Below are positions 31,301 to 43,100 of a stretch of 49,606 nt of DNA, one piece after another. Position 1 is the first letter of the stretch. The number at the start of each line of letters is the position of its first letter. Location: positions 1 to 49,606 of the forward strand of contig MEDY01000215.1 of NCBI GenBank assembly GCA_001724265.1. The letters run 5' to 3'. Source of the DNA: Rhizaria sp. SCN 62-66 (Eukaryota). Below the pieces are notes generated by a model. The model had not been told where the DNA came from, made no database searches, and saw nothing but the letters and a program-made list of their open reading frames with translations. The translations under genes were made by a program, and so were the position numbers.

Positions 31301-33305
31301 CTTCGCTCTCGCGCAGCGCCCACCGGCGCTCGGACGCGGCCGCGCGGGCAGCAGTCGCGGCGGACGCGGTGGCCGCAGCGGCGGCCGCAGCAGCGGCAAC
31401 AGTGAGCCTCGGAGGAGACGCAGACGCTGACGTAGCTGCGGGCGTAGCAGGCGTCACAGGCGAAGATGCGGCCGCAGGCGCAGCGGCGGGCGCCACCGTA
31501 GATGCGAACGCAGGTGCGGTCGCAGACGTAGACTCTGTAGATTCAGACGCAGGCGTAGACACGGGTGCAACAGCGGCCACCGCGACAGTGTGCGCAACGA
31601 CGGGCTTAACAGCGTCACCATCGTAGCTGTCGAGGTCGAGCCCCAGCGACTGGAGCAGCGCGGCGAACCCGTGATCATTGGCCGCAGCGGCGCGGGCCGC
31701 GGCGGCGGGCGAGGCAAATACTCCAGCCGTGGGCGTCGCTGCCGCAGGCGCAGCAGCAGCTGCTGCAGCAGGGGCAGCGGCAGCAGCAGGCGCAGTGGCA
31801 GCGCCAGCGTTGGTGGCGGCGGACGAGTCTGGAGCCACAGTCTCAGGCGCTGACACAGACTCGGACTGAGGCGCAGCAACAAAGCTGGCATCGGCAGCCT
31901 GCACATCGTCCTTAATGGCCTCCGTAGTCTGTGTCGCTTCCGCGGCCTCTGCCACAGCAGCGGTCTCGGCAGCGGCAGCGGCGGCCTGCGCTACGGTCTC
32001 AGCGGCGGCCGCGGCCTAAGCAGCAGCAGCAGCAGCAGCGGCGGCGGTGGTGGCCTGTGTAACAGCCTCGGAGTGCGCCGAGGCGGCAGCGGCCGCTGCT
32101 GCGGCGGTGCCCTGGACCGATGCGGCGGCGGGCCGGAGCAGCAGCGGCGCGTCGGGCGGTGTGGACATAGCCTCGGTGGCGCACGCCGCATAGTACGCAG
32201 GCGTGAGATGAGAGGACGCAAAAAGCAAGAAATTGTTGTCCGAGAGCAGCCGCGGCGAGACAAATGTGTCCGCGGCTAAGTCGTGCCCCGACACGGGCTC
32301 ACCAAAGAAAGACAGCGCGCCGCGCGCCTCGGCGGCCGCGGTGGCGGGAGGCGGGGGCGCGAGGTGCGAAACAACGGCGTGCGGCCGACGGAACGCGAAA
32401 AGCTGATCGACCAGCGGCAGCTCCGTGGGGTCCTTGCCAAGCGGCAGCACGAATACCTCAACGTGGCCGTGGCGCATGTAGCGCGCGCGCAGCGGCAGCG
32501 CGCTACGGTACTCGTCTGGTATGGCCGCGAAGCGCGGAGGCGGGTAGTTTGTGAAGAGCCGCGACTGAGGGTCCGCTGTACGCTGCGCAAACAGCGAGAG
32601 CGCGTCCCAGTCCGCCGGCGCGGCCGCGGGCGCGGTCGTCGCCACGGGCGGGCCGTACACGACCTTGTTCTGCAGGCGCGCGAGCAGCAGCGGGTCCGGC
32701 GAGCCTGCGACACAGGCCACGGGGCCCGATGAGACGTGGTGCATCGCAATCCCATCGCCCGCGCGCGCATTGTCGCCCAGCATCGCGGGCGCCTCGGCTG
32801 CCGTCGCGGGCGCAATCGTGCGCGCGGGCTGTGCCCAGTCGGGGTACAGCGCCAGCGATGGCGAACGGTGCGGCGTCGCGGGCCCGTAGGCCGACAGCGC
32901 AGTGAGCAGGTACGACGTCCGCACCAGGTGTGATGTGCCAGACAGAACGATCTCGTGCAGCGGCAGCGCGTTCTGCGGGATCTCGTCACCCGCGGCGGCC
33001 GGGTCTGTACCGGTCGCCGCAGCGTCAGAAACGGCTGCAGGAGCAGATGCAGAAGCTTCGGACGTTGAAGCAGATGCTGCAGTGATGGTGGAAGCGCTGA
33101 AAGGCACAGGATTCGCGGACTATGACTTGAAAGAGTCGGTTTGTTGTGCTGTTGTAAAGCTACGGATGTGCTGTGTAGTCCGCAAGAGACCAGGCGTCTG
33201 TTGTGTCAGAGGCCGTTGCGGTTGGCGTGGCATCGCTAATGCGATATGAGGCGCAAGCAGGAGCATGCCAGCCCTGGAAGCAACTCGCCGGCGACAGACA
33301 AACAT
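28400..33305 (-). CDS. Large uncharacterised, probably mitochondrion-targeted protein (exons 33305-31232, 31079-30837, 30678-28400; about 1531 aa) with two in-frame TAG codons (33120-33122, 32016-32018)
   Basis: ORFs 33120..33305, 32016..33107 and 31173..31955 are all in one frame, separated only by single TAG codons. Two GTACG...AG introns join it in frame to ORF 28400..30706. Total exon length 4596 nt is divisible by 3. Arg-rich N-terminus with almost no acidic residues, MFVCRRRVASRAG...HIRSFTT, looks like a mitochondrial presequence. TAA stop. Confidence 0.72.
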
Positions 33306-33901
33306 CGCCCGGGTTGGCTGGAAGGTAAAACACAGAAGTAAACGAGGTATTAGTCGTGGTCATGGTCTTATATCGACCAAGTAGGCCTTATGTGCCTCGC
33401 TAAACCCTTTGTCTCGGAGCATTGAGGTAATCTCTTCACTCTGTGCCCTGTCAGCACATTATTCCGGGAATTGAACAGCAAGATCTTACTACAATGAAAT
33501 GTAATTTAAAGATATAAAGTTTCACAAAGATTTAAAGCAAATTCCGCCAAGATATTCCCTATACAACGATGGCTCCTATCAGTCCCAATTGTGCTGACAA
33601 GTCCAACCGCTGACCCCCAAGACCAAACCACTGGAGCATGGCAAGCAGAAACGTCACTCTCGTATGAACATTGGGATATGTATGCTTAGGTGAAGTCGTG
33701 TACATATAAAATCGCAGTATCATAAATATTCGTAGATAGGGTATACGAAAAACGTGTTAGAAGCGTTGCCTAGATTTGTTCGTGTATCATAATTCGGCAG
33801 TTACATAGTTTAATCCACTCAACGCGCATCAACATGGTCGCCAAACACAACCGAGTTGTGCGGCGTATGTATGAGCCATGTTCTCGTCGCCGTTAAAGCA
33901 T

Positions 33902-35200
33902 TTACTGGCCGCCACGGAGCACGGAGGCAACGACGGTCTTGTCGTCGCCGCCCATGTTGACGGTGAGGCCGAGCTTGGGCCAGCGCGCGGCGTCAGCGCC
34001 GCCGACCTGGTATGCGCCGCACTGGCCCTTGATCTGGCGGCAGACCTCGAGCACCTGCTTGATGCCCGTGGCGCCGACGGGGTGGCCGAACGAGATGAGC
34101 CCGCCGCCGGTGTTAACGGGGTGCTTGCCGGTGAGCCCGGTGACGCCCTCCTTAGCGAGCAGGTGGCCCTTGCCGCGGGCCGCCCAGCCGATAGCCTCGT
34201 AGCCGAGCACCTCAGCGATGTTGAAGCAGTCGTGCAGCTCAGCGACCTGCACGTCCGCGGCCGTCACGCCCGCGGCCGCGAGCGCCTTGCGCGCGCCGTG
34301 CTTGATAGTGCCCATCTCGGTGAGGTCGCCGTCAACGCCAAGCGCGTCGGCCGCAACAGAGACGGAGAGAACCTCGATGCAGTCGGCGGGGGTCTTGCCC
34401 AGCGCGCGCAGACCGGCCTCGGAGGCGAGGATGAGACCGGCGCCACCGTCGGTGACCTGCGAGCAGTCGGAGGGCTTAAGCCACGCCGAGAGCTCCTCGT
34501 TCTTGAGAAAGTTGGGGTTCTTGTCCGACGCGACGGCGGCCGTCTCGAGCGAGAGCTTGGCGTGGTGCATATGCGCCAAAGGATTTAAGTTGCCGTTGGA
34601 ATAGGCCTTGACCGACACGGGCGCGATGTCCGCGGGCGTGACGCCGTGCGCCTCGCAGTACGCCTTCATACGGCGCGCAAAAAGCGCGGGGAACGTGAAG
34701 TCGTCGAGCGCGCGCTGGGTCGCGTAGTGCGACGCACGGGCGAGGAAGTCGCCGCCCTGACGAGGGGAGACAGAGGTCTGCATCTCGGCGCCGACGGCGA
34801 GCACGACGTCGCTGCCGGCCATGATGGCCTCAATGCCCGAGGAGTATGCGAGGCCGCCGGACGCGCACGCGCCCTCGACGTGCCAGGCAGGCACGTAACG
34901 CAGGCCGGGGTTGGCAGCGACGACCATGGGGCCCAGGTGGCCCTGGTTGTTGAACAGGTCAGAGGCGAAGTTGCCGATGATGGCCTTCTGCACGATCGAC
35001 GCGTCAGTGATGCCAGTGGCCTCGAAGGTCTTGTTCACGGCGTCGCGGATGTACCACTCAAGATCGGGGTTCTCCTTCTTGCCAAAGTCAGGGTGCTTCT
35101 TGTCGATGAAGGCAGGATTGCCCTTGCCGATGAACTTGGAGATGTGGCCACCCACAACGAAGACACGGCGGCGAGCGCCAGCAGCAGCAGCAACAGACAT
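33902..35200 (-). CDS. SCP2-type thiolase (3-ketoacyl-CoA thiolase / acetyl-CoA acetyltransferase), no sterol-carrier domain
   Basis: ATG 35200, 432 aa, intronless. Catalytic motifs VEGACASGG, AELHDCF (HDCF marks the SCP2-thiolase class) and FGHPVGATG, ending NMGGDDKT. TAA stop. Confidence 0.93.
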   Translation of the reverse strand: MSVAAAAGARRRVFVVGGHISKFIGKGNPAFIDKKHPDFGKKENPDLEWYIRDAVNKTFEATGITDASIVQKAIIGNFASDLFNNQGHLGPMVVAANPGLRYVPAWHVEGACASGGLAYSSGIEAIMAGSDVVLAVGAEMQTSVSPRQGGDFLARASHYATQRALDDFTFPALFARRMKAYCEAHGVTPADIAPVSVKAYSNGNLNPLAHMHHAKLSLETAAVASDKNPNFLKNEELSAWLKPSDCSQVTDGGAGLILASEAGLRALGKTPADCIEVLSVSVAADALGVDGDLTEMGTIKHGARKALAAAGVTAADVQVAELHDCFNIAEVLGYEAIGWAARGKGHLLAKEGVTGLTGKHPVNTGGGLISFGHPVGATGIKQVLEVCRQIKGQCGAYQVGGADAARWPKLGLTVNMGGDDKTVVASVLRGGQ

Positions 35201-35911
35201 TTCTATGGTTATACAAGATGTGAACAAGATCGCGTGAGAAAATTGTGAGACTATAGTGCTACAATGAGTCATGCTAAGTGCGCATGTTGAAGGAGAGCGG
35301 AAATCTAAGCACCTGCTTTAAGACGGGATACTACAGCGTGAATCCGACGTCATTGTAACCTCTCAAATAGCGAACGTGTAATTAACTACGCATAAGTCTA
35401 AATATGCATCACATCACGCTATTCTACTGCAGGTTTCAAGCACCCACTGTCTTGCAACTTGAGCTCGCTTTTGCGAGCATGAGCGTACTAGAAAGACCGC
35501 CAACCAGAAAGGGAAGGATTTTTTACAAATGCGCGATTACACGCATCAAATTGGCTGCTCCAAAGACTGCCTGTGGATATATCATTTAAAAATAATGTTA
35601 GTACCGAGATCTCTCATTATAATGCGAGAAATCAACATAATGTTGTATATTATCCGCATTATTACGAGGAGCGTTGTCGACAAACGTGACAAAATGTGCA
35701 TACTCGACTCAATGAGGCGGCCCCATCAAAGTGGATAAGTTCAAATACTATATAACACACTAGGATATGTGTTTAAAATTCGGAAAAATAGTACATACAG
35801 ATCATCATATGTCAAATATCATCGTACAAACCCAAATTTTCCCACACACGCATCATCAAGCGTCACGCAAAGCAAGTAGCGCGCAGCGCGCAGCAAGCCA
35901 ATCTGATCACT

Positions 35912-38900
35912 TCATGACCAGCATTCGAGGATGTAGCGCCCCGCCGTAACCATCTCCGCAATGCGCGCCTGCGCGTCCTGCTCCGTCCCGCCCGCGAGCG
36001 CGGCCACGAGCGCGGCGAGCGCTGCACGGACGTCGCGCGGCATCTGCTTAGCGCTGCCAGCGATCACCACGGTCCCGCGCGGCGACGCCACCGTGGAGTA
36101 GGCAGCGCGCGCAACAGCCCCGCGCGTCAGTCGGTGTTGCACGTACCGGTCCGCGCGCAGCACGCGCTCTTCCGCGGCCACCTCCGCCACTGCGGCGTCA
36201 ATACCAGCCCTCTCTGCCTCGGCAGTGTTCACTGCGGCGTTCTGCGAGGTGACAGCACTGTTGCCGCCGGTGCCGGTGCTACTCGCGGTGGTGCTACTCG
36301 CGGCGGCGTTACTCGCAGTGCTGCTTCCGAGTCCGTTGTTGCGCGAAAAGCACGCCTCGTAACGCTCGAGCGCGCCGAAGCGGACCGCAACGGTAAAAAA
36401 GTCCCTGTAAAAGTGGTCCGTGGCGGCGCCCTGGCAGCCGAAGAGCAAGCGCAGCGGCGCAAGCCCCGCCAGCGAGGCCAGCTGCGCCGCCGTGTCCGCC
36501 ACCGTGTCCGCCGCCAGCGTGGCCCCGGTCGCCAGCGCGGGTGCAGGCGACAGCGCGACGGCAAGGCGCGGCCACGACGCCGACGACGCACCCAACACCA
36601 GTGCGTTCTCGCTCCCGCTCCCGCTCCCGTCTGCGGTTTGCAGGGTGCGCAGTGCGGCGGGGGCGAGCGCGGCGAATACCTCGTCCGTCCACTCGGGGTC
36701 CTCGGCGGCGAGCCCTTCGCGCGCGAGCAGTGTGTGAAGCCGCCGGAGCACCGCGCAGAGCCGCTGCTGCGTGAGCGCGAGCAGCGCGGCGACGCCCGTG
36801 CCAGGGCCCAGCGCAGTCATCTCGGCGTCCTGCGGGAGAGCGCCCATCACGCCGCGCTTGACGCGCACCCACGCGCGCGCGCACCCGCCCTCGGCCGCGC
36901 CGTCCGCGACCGCGAAGGCAGAGGCAAGGAAGCTGGTGCAGAGCCCGCGCTTGAGGCGCTTGAACGGCGTGCGGAACTCGACCGCGGACACGCACAGGTG
37001 CGCCTCGGCAACGGCCACGCCCGCGGCGAACCCGGGGGCCGTGCTCACGCCCGCGGCGGCCGCGTCGGCGGCCTCGGCGGCGTCGAGCGCGGGCACCGAG
37101 CAGAGCAGCGCGCGGAGCTCCTCGGCCGTGGCGGGCAGCGGCAGCGGTGCGGCGGGGAACGATGAAGGTGGCCACAGTGCGCCGCGCGCGGGAGGCGGCG
37201 GCGGCGGCGCGTGGAGCGGGAAGTGGCGCGCGTAGGGCGAGCGCAGGAATGCCGACGATGACGCGATCGAGTATGATCGCGGCGCAATGCGCGGGATCAG
37301 CTCTATCAAAACGCAGCATAGACGTATAGAACAAAGAACAGTTGATGTGAGACAAATATAATTTTCATAGAGACACAACATTACCAAATCATGACAACAA
37401 CACAACATGTGTCAATCAGAGAAAGCACAAAACATATTGCGCAGGTCAAGCACGTACCGACGGCGGCGCTGAGCGGAAGCGTGACGCCCGGGAAGTCATC
37501 GAGCACTTCGGTGAAAGTGCGACGCTCGCGTGCGCAGTAGCGGTCAAGCTCTGCGGCCCATGCCAGCGATGTCAACTCTTCCAGACGCTCGCGCTCGTGC
37601 GCGGCAGATGTACACTGTGTGAAAGAGTAAAGATTGATGTCAGCGATGTCAAGAAAAACAATTAAAAAAAATGCGTGGATGACAACAAACTTTGACCGGA
37701 TAAAACAACAGTATGAAACATTATGATCTCAGATTGCGTGGAATGCGTACCTCTCGCAGAACATCAAAGAAGCTGCGTTGCGGTGATGCGGCCAGGTCAA
37801 GGTACCACGTCGCCAGTTCCCAGGCCGCCGCACGCCGCGGAAGCCCCACAGTGTCTTCGCTGCCGCCGCGCGCCGCCAGCTCCAGCGCCGCGTCTTCCCC
37901 CGTGAAGGCAGCGTCGGTGGCGGCGTCGCGGTCGGGGATAGGGTCGATGCAGAGGATGTCGTCGGGGCGCAGCTTCATGCGGCGCAGGAACGCGGCGACG
38001 GCGGCGTCGCAGTTGGGCGCCAGTACTTCAAGCACGTCACCGGCTGCGTATCCCGCGCTCAGCCGCGCCTGCGCACCGCACAGCCACGGCGCCTGCTGCT
38101 GCTGCGTCGTCGCCGCACTAGGGGCACTCCCCACGGCAACGGCGCTGACGCTGGCAGGGGTGGGCAGAGCGGCGGAGAGATCAAAGCGGAGGTGGCGCAC
38201 GTCTTTGCCGCGCAGCCGCGGCGGCGCAAGCTTGCGCAGACCTTCCGCCGTCGTCACAACACCCGCACCTGTCGCAGAATTGGTCCCAGTGGCCGTGGCC
38301 GTCGCCGCGGCCGTGGCTGTAGCTGTGGCTGCGGCGGTGACTGAGCCAGCGGGGTCTGCGGTGACGCGCGCGTTAGCGCTGATGCGGGCCGGGAACGGCA
38401 CTCCTTCGCGCTCGGCCTCTGTCTCCCCCGCCGTCTCACGAAGGAGGCCCTGCGCGCTGGCGCTGCCGTCGCGGTCCGCGGCCCACTGCGCGCGCCACGC
38501 CTCCACAGTCTCCACAGCAACAGCACCTGTTCCAGATGCAACTGCGAGTGTGCGGGCGCGGGGTCGCCAGCGCCGCAGCCAGCGAGCGAGCGTAGCGTCG
38601 ACCGCCCAGTCGGCGCCGCCGGTGCGCGCTTCGGGCGCGAGGACGCCGCCGCACTGCAGCGCCGCAAGCGCGTAAGTCGGCGCCACGCCCACCAGCTCCG
38701 GCGCCGCGCCAGCGCTCGCGGCAGTCAAAGCAGCGGCCGCAGCAGCAGAAGCGGCCTGACTGGCGGTATCGGCGGCCAAGTCCCCAGAGGCTGGCTCTAA
38801 GTGCACTAGCAGCGCGGGAACAGAGGCATCAGCACTGGCAGCCTCAGCGTCAGTCTCGCAAGAGTCAGCGTCTGTCATGGCTGAGTTGGCGTTACAGTGA

Positions 38901-39817
38901 GGAAAAAGACGGGCGCCGGCCGCGGCGCGCTGCAGCAGTGCGGCTGAGGGACAGAAGTAGCCCCCAGCCGCAGTCGCAGTCGCCGCAGGCGCAGTGGCAG
39001 TCGTTGTCGTCGGAGCCTCGGCGCTAGAAGCAGAACACTGCATGAGCGCCGCGTCGAGCACTGCGGTAAGAGCGGCGACCTCAGCGGCCACGGCGGCACG
39101 GGTGGCGCGCGCGGCGGCCAGGGGCACCACGCGCACTGACACCTGCGGACAGCTCAGCCACGAGTCGCCAGACGCAGCGCCCGCCGCAGCAGCGTCAGCG
39201 GCAGTGACTGGGGAGGCCGCGAGAACTGAGCGGAGGCCCGCGAGGAGGTCGACGGTCCAGGGAATAAGCGCACCGTCGTAGCCGATAGCGTGCTGGTCGT
39301 CGCCAAGCCCCTGCGGACAGAGCGCGCGCGCACCGAGAGCCAGCAGACGCTGGTGCAGGCGTCGCGCGACTGCGTTGTAGAGCGGGTACGACGAGTCGCC
39401 CAGCCCGAAAGTGGAGAAGCTGAGTCCCGCGAGCGAGGTCGCGGCCAGGTCGCTGCGGCGCAGAAAACGCCAAAAGGCGCGCATGTTCTCAGGGACCTCG
39501 CCCTGGCCGGTGGTGGAGCAGACGAAGATGGCGGCCCGTGTCGTTGGCAGCGCCGCGATCGGGAACGAGTCCATGGGGCACACGCGCGTCACATACCCGG
39601 CACTGAAAGCAAAACACAGGACGGCATAGAAAGAAACGAGATAAGTGTGATTATGTTGTTATTTAAGATTCTGAAGTTGATGTGACCTGGTGGAGCGGTG
39701 AACGTACCGACGAGACTCCCTTGCAAGTCGTTTGGCCACTGCACGAGAGCATCCCGATTGCGAGCCATACAGGATAACCAACTCTGAGGATTTCTCAGAA
39801 TTACTTTCTTCAAACAT
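35912..39817 (-). CDS. NDOR1: NADPH-dependent diflavin oxidoreductase 1 (Tah18/NDOR1); exons 39817-39708, 39602-37751, 37614-37458, 37302-35912; about 1169 aa
   Basis: Flavodoxin motifs LVILYGSQSG, VCSTTGQGEVPENMRAFWRFL, FGLGDSSYPLYN and GLGDDQH. FAD domain PRSYSIASS and GLCTSFL. NADP domain GPGTGVA, IAGSAKQMPRDVR and C-terminal YILECWS. Three GT-AG introns give 3510 nt. TGA stop. Confidence 0.93.
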
Positions 39818-40197
39818 TGTGATGGGAAAAACTGTCTATATCTTCAATGACGGATTCCAAGACACCGTATTCAGTCCATCTTTCTTGTCGTCGGACCTTG
39901 TTGCAGAGGACTTTTTAGGAACCACAGGTGCCGCCAGAAGCGGCCTGCTTGAGAAAACCGGCACCTACTCGCACATCACGAAATACATTCCGTTAAATCC
40001 GTTCTAGGTGCATAATATAGTCTTCACTCACAGTCCGCTGCGTGTTTTACCTTGCGCATGAAAATTAATTCTTACAGCCTCTGTATTTCCCTTGCTTCAC
40101 CACGTGCCCCGCAGCGTGTGACCACACTATTCTCCAGCACTAGTCCAACTTGTTCTGCACCCATAGCTCGCGAGGACCTGATTGAAGCACACCCAAA
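39818..40197. promoter_or_regulatory. Probable bidirectional promoter between head-to-head NDOR1 and RRM genes
   Basis: Only 380 nt separates the divergent ATGs at 39817 (-) and 40198 (+). No specific element identified. Confidence 0.4.
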
Positions 40198-43100
40198 ATG
40201 ATGTCTCTTGCTAAGGCAGAGCGTGTTGCGTCGCACATCCGCACAACTGCTTCTGGCAGGGCCGTCTCAAAAGTGATCTCCTCTGCCGCAGCCTACCGTA
40301 CGTAAACCACAATAATCTTGCTTTCACTCTCTTGCTCTGCTCTCGGAGCATCGCTTGAGCTTGACAAGAACAGAGCTTATCTCTTGCCGCCGTACGCCTG
40401 CCTTACTTGTGCCTTGTGTTATTACTTCCCTTTCTCCCCACGATTCTGTCTCCTCCCTCACAGAGTCCACCGACGCCTCCGCCGCTGCCTCCCAGCAACA
40501 GCATGAGGAGCCGCCTAACGAAGCCGACAGGGAAGAGCAAAAGCGGCGCAACTACATCCAGGAGCGCTACGAGCGCCTGCAGGCATCGCTTAAGGCCGAC
40601 ACGCGCACGCCCCTGCCCGCGTCCCCCGTCTTCGATAAAGACGGCGACGCCTCACACGCCGCCGACGCCGCCGCCGAGCCCGTCACCAAGCCCGCCGCCG
40701 CGGGGGGCGCAGCGAAGCGCCGCGCGACGCAGGGCGTGGACCCGCGCAGTCTGCGTCTGCGGCCCGCGCTTGTGGACCTACTCACGCGCCCCGTCGTCGA
40801 GCCCCCCCGCCCGCGCCGCGCGAAGGGCGAGACCGACGAGAATCCGGACGTCGGCGCTGCGGCCGAGGCTGAGGCTGCTGAGGCTGAGGTTGCAGAGGCT
40901 GCCGAGGTAGACGCTGCGGAGGGCCACGCGCACGAGAGCGCTGAGACCAAGGCGGCGCGCAAGAAGCAGCGCGCGCGCGAGTCTGCCAAGCGCGGCAAGG
41001 CGCGGCGCGAGGAGCGCGCGCGCGAGGCTGCCGAGCGGCGCCGCGACAGCTACCTCTCGCTGTTCCCCGAGGAAGAGGAGCGCGAGACGCTGGCGCTGAC
41101 GGATGTGCGCAACGCCGACCTGGCGCTCAAGCGCTATTTCTTACAGGCGCTTGTGACGTCACTGGACAACGAGCAGTACGACAAGTTTGTTAAGATCTTC
41201 CGCCGTTTCCGCGCACGCGTGCAGCTCATCGCGCTTAATGCCGGCCGCGCAGAGGCCGCCCCTCCCGGGAAGAACAGCCCCAACTTTTCCAACCTCCATC
41301 CGCGTGCGCGCGCGCAAAAGGCGGCGCAGGCGGCCGCGGCCTCGGCCGCCGAGGAGCTTGCCGACGCCGCCGCCGAGGCCGAGGAGGCCAGCACGACTGC
41401 GGCGGAGGAGGACGACAGCGAGGAGGCGCGCGCACGTTTGTCGGCCCTGACGCAGCTGCGCGAGTCGACTCTGGACGCGGTCCGCGTGCCGGCCGACAGC
41501 ACAGTCGCACAGCACGCCGCCGCGAGCGGGCTCGCGCTGCCCACGCAGGCCGCGCTCGTCAGCGCCGAGGCGCTCCGCGGCGCGCGCGCGCTCGTTGCGG
41601 CCGCGATGCTCATCTTCTACCGCAACGCCGCGCGCGCGCTCGCGCCGCACGCCGAGACGCTGATGCCGATGTTGGTGCGCCACATGCGCACGCTGACGAT
41701 CGGCGAGCTGGAGCGCGCGCGCGAGCGCGGCAGCAGCACGCGGATGCTGCCCTACGTCGTCGGCTTCCTCCCGCAGCGCACGCTGGCGCGGCTGCACACG
41801 CGCGAAGCAGCGCTGCAGGCCGCGCTTGCCACGGCCACCGACACGCTCCCGCCAGGCGCGTCGCTGCCCCCACCCGCCGCCGCCACCGCAGCGGGCGCCG
41901 CTGAGCGTGCGGTGGCGGCCAACGGCAACGGCAACGGCAACGCGCTGGCGACCGCCTCCGCGTCGTCGTCTACTTCAGCGTCAGCGTCGGCGTCGACAGG
42001 CGAGAGCGACGGATGGAGCGCTGCTGCTGCGTCGGCGTCTGCAGAACTGCACATGCTGGGCTCCAACGACCTCTACCGCTCGCTGGACATCGAGACGGAC
42101 GCGCAGTCGCCGTACGTTGAGAGCCGTCTCGAGTACCTCGCGCGCCAGGGCCACAAGGTGTTTGTGACCAACATCCCCCCCACGGCGACCACGCGCGAGC
42201 TCATGCAGGCCTTCGCGCACTGCGGCGTGGTCCTCGCGGCCGAGATCTTCCGTACCCCCACCACGGAGCGCGCCGCGATTATGAAGCAGGCCGCGATCGC
42301 GTCGCAGAACGCGCTCGACGACGCCGCCGTCTCGGCGCTGCACGCGCTCGACCCCGCCACGGGCCTCGCGCCGCGCACACTGCTCGCCAACACCCAGCCC
42401 TCGGACTCGGCGGACCAGCAGCAGTTCCAGCACAAGTTCTCGCGCGTCGCCGAGCCATCGTCTGTGCATGCGTACGTGTACTTTGCCACGGCCGAGGGCG
42501 CGCGCCGCGCACTGCTGCCGGCCGTGCAGTCCTTCGGTGTGATGCTGCACGACGTGGCGATGGGCACACATCCGGCTTCGTCGCGGCGCTCCATCACCCT
42601 CTTCGGCCTGCGCCGCTCACTCTCGCACTCGGACGTGCTGGCCGCGGTCCACCACCTGCTGCGTGACGTGCTCCCCACCTCGTCCATCGAGCGGCTGCGT
42701 CTGCCCACGGATCAGGGCCGCAACACTGGCGCATGCTACATCCACTTCTACACGCACGCCGACGCGTCCGCCGCGTTCCGCGCGCTTAACGGCGCCGTCG
42801 TTGCGGCGCCCGCGTACCGCAGTCTGTCCCCCGCCGAAGTGCGCTACCGCCGCGAAAACGCGCGTGTGGCGCTCGCCAACGACGGCTCCTCCGCCGCCGC
42901 GCTGGCCGACGCCGACGGCGACGCCGCCGAGGCCGCCGCCACGGCCGCGGCCGCCGGCGACAGTAGCGCGGTCCCTGGCTCCAGCAACGCCGCGGCGACG
43001 CTGCCGCTGCGCTCGAGCTTCGCGGCGTGGGTGACGATGCGCGCTGTGGTGCGTGTGGGCGACCAGAGCGCGGTGCCGCGCGACCGCTACGGCGTGTGGT

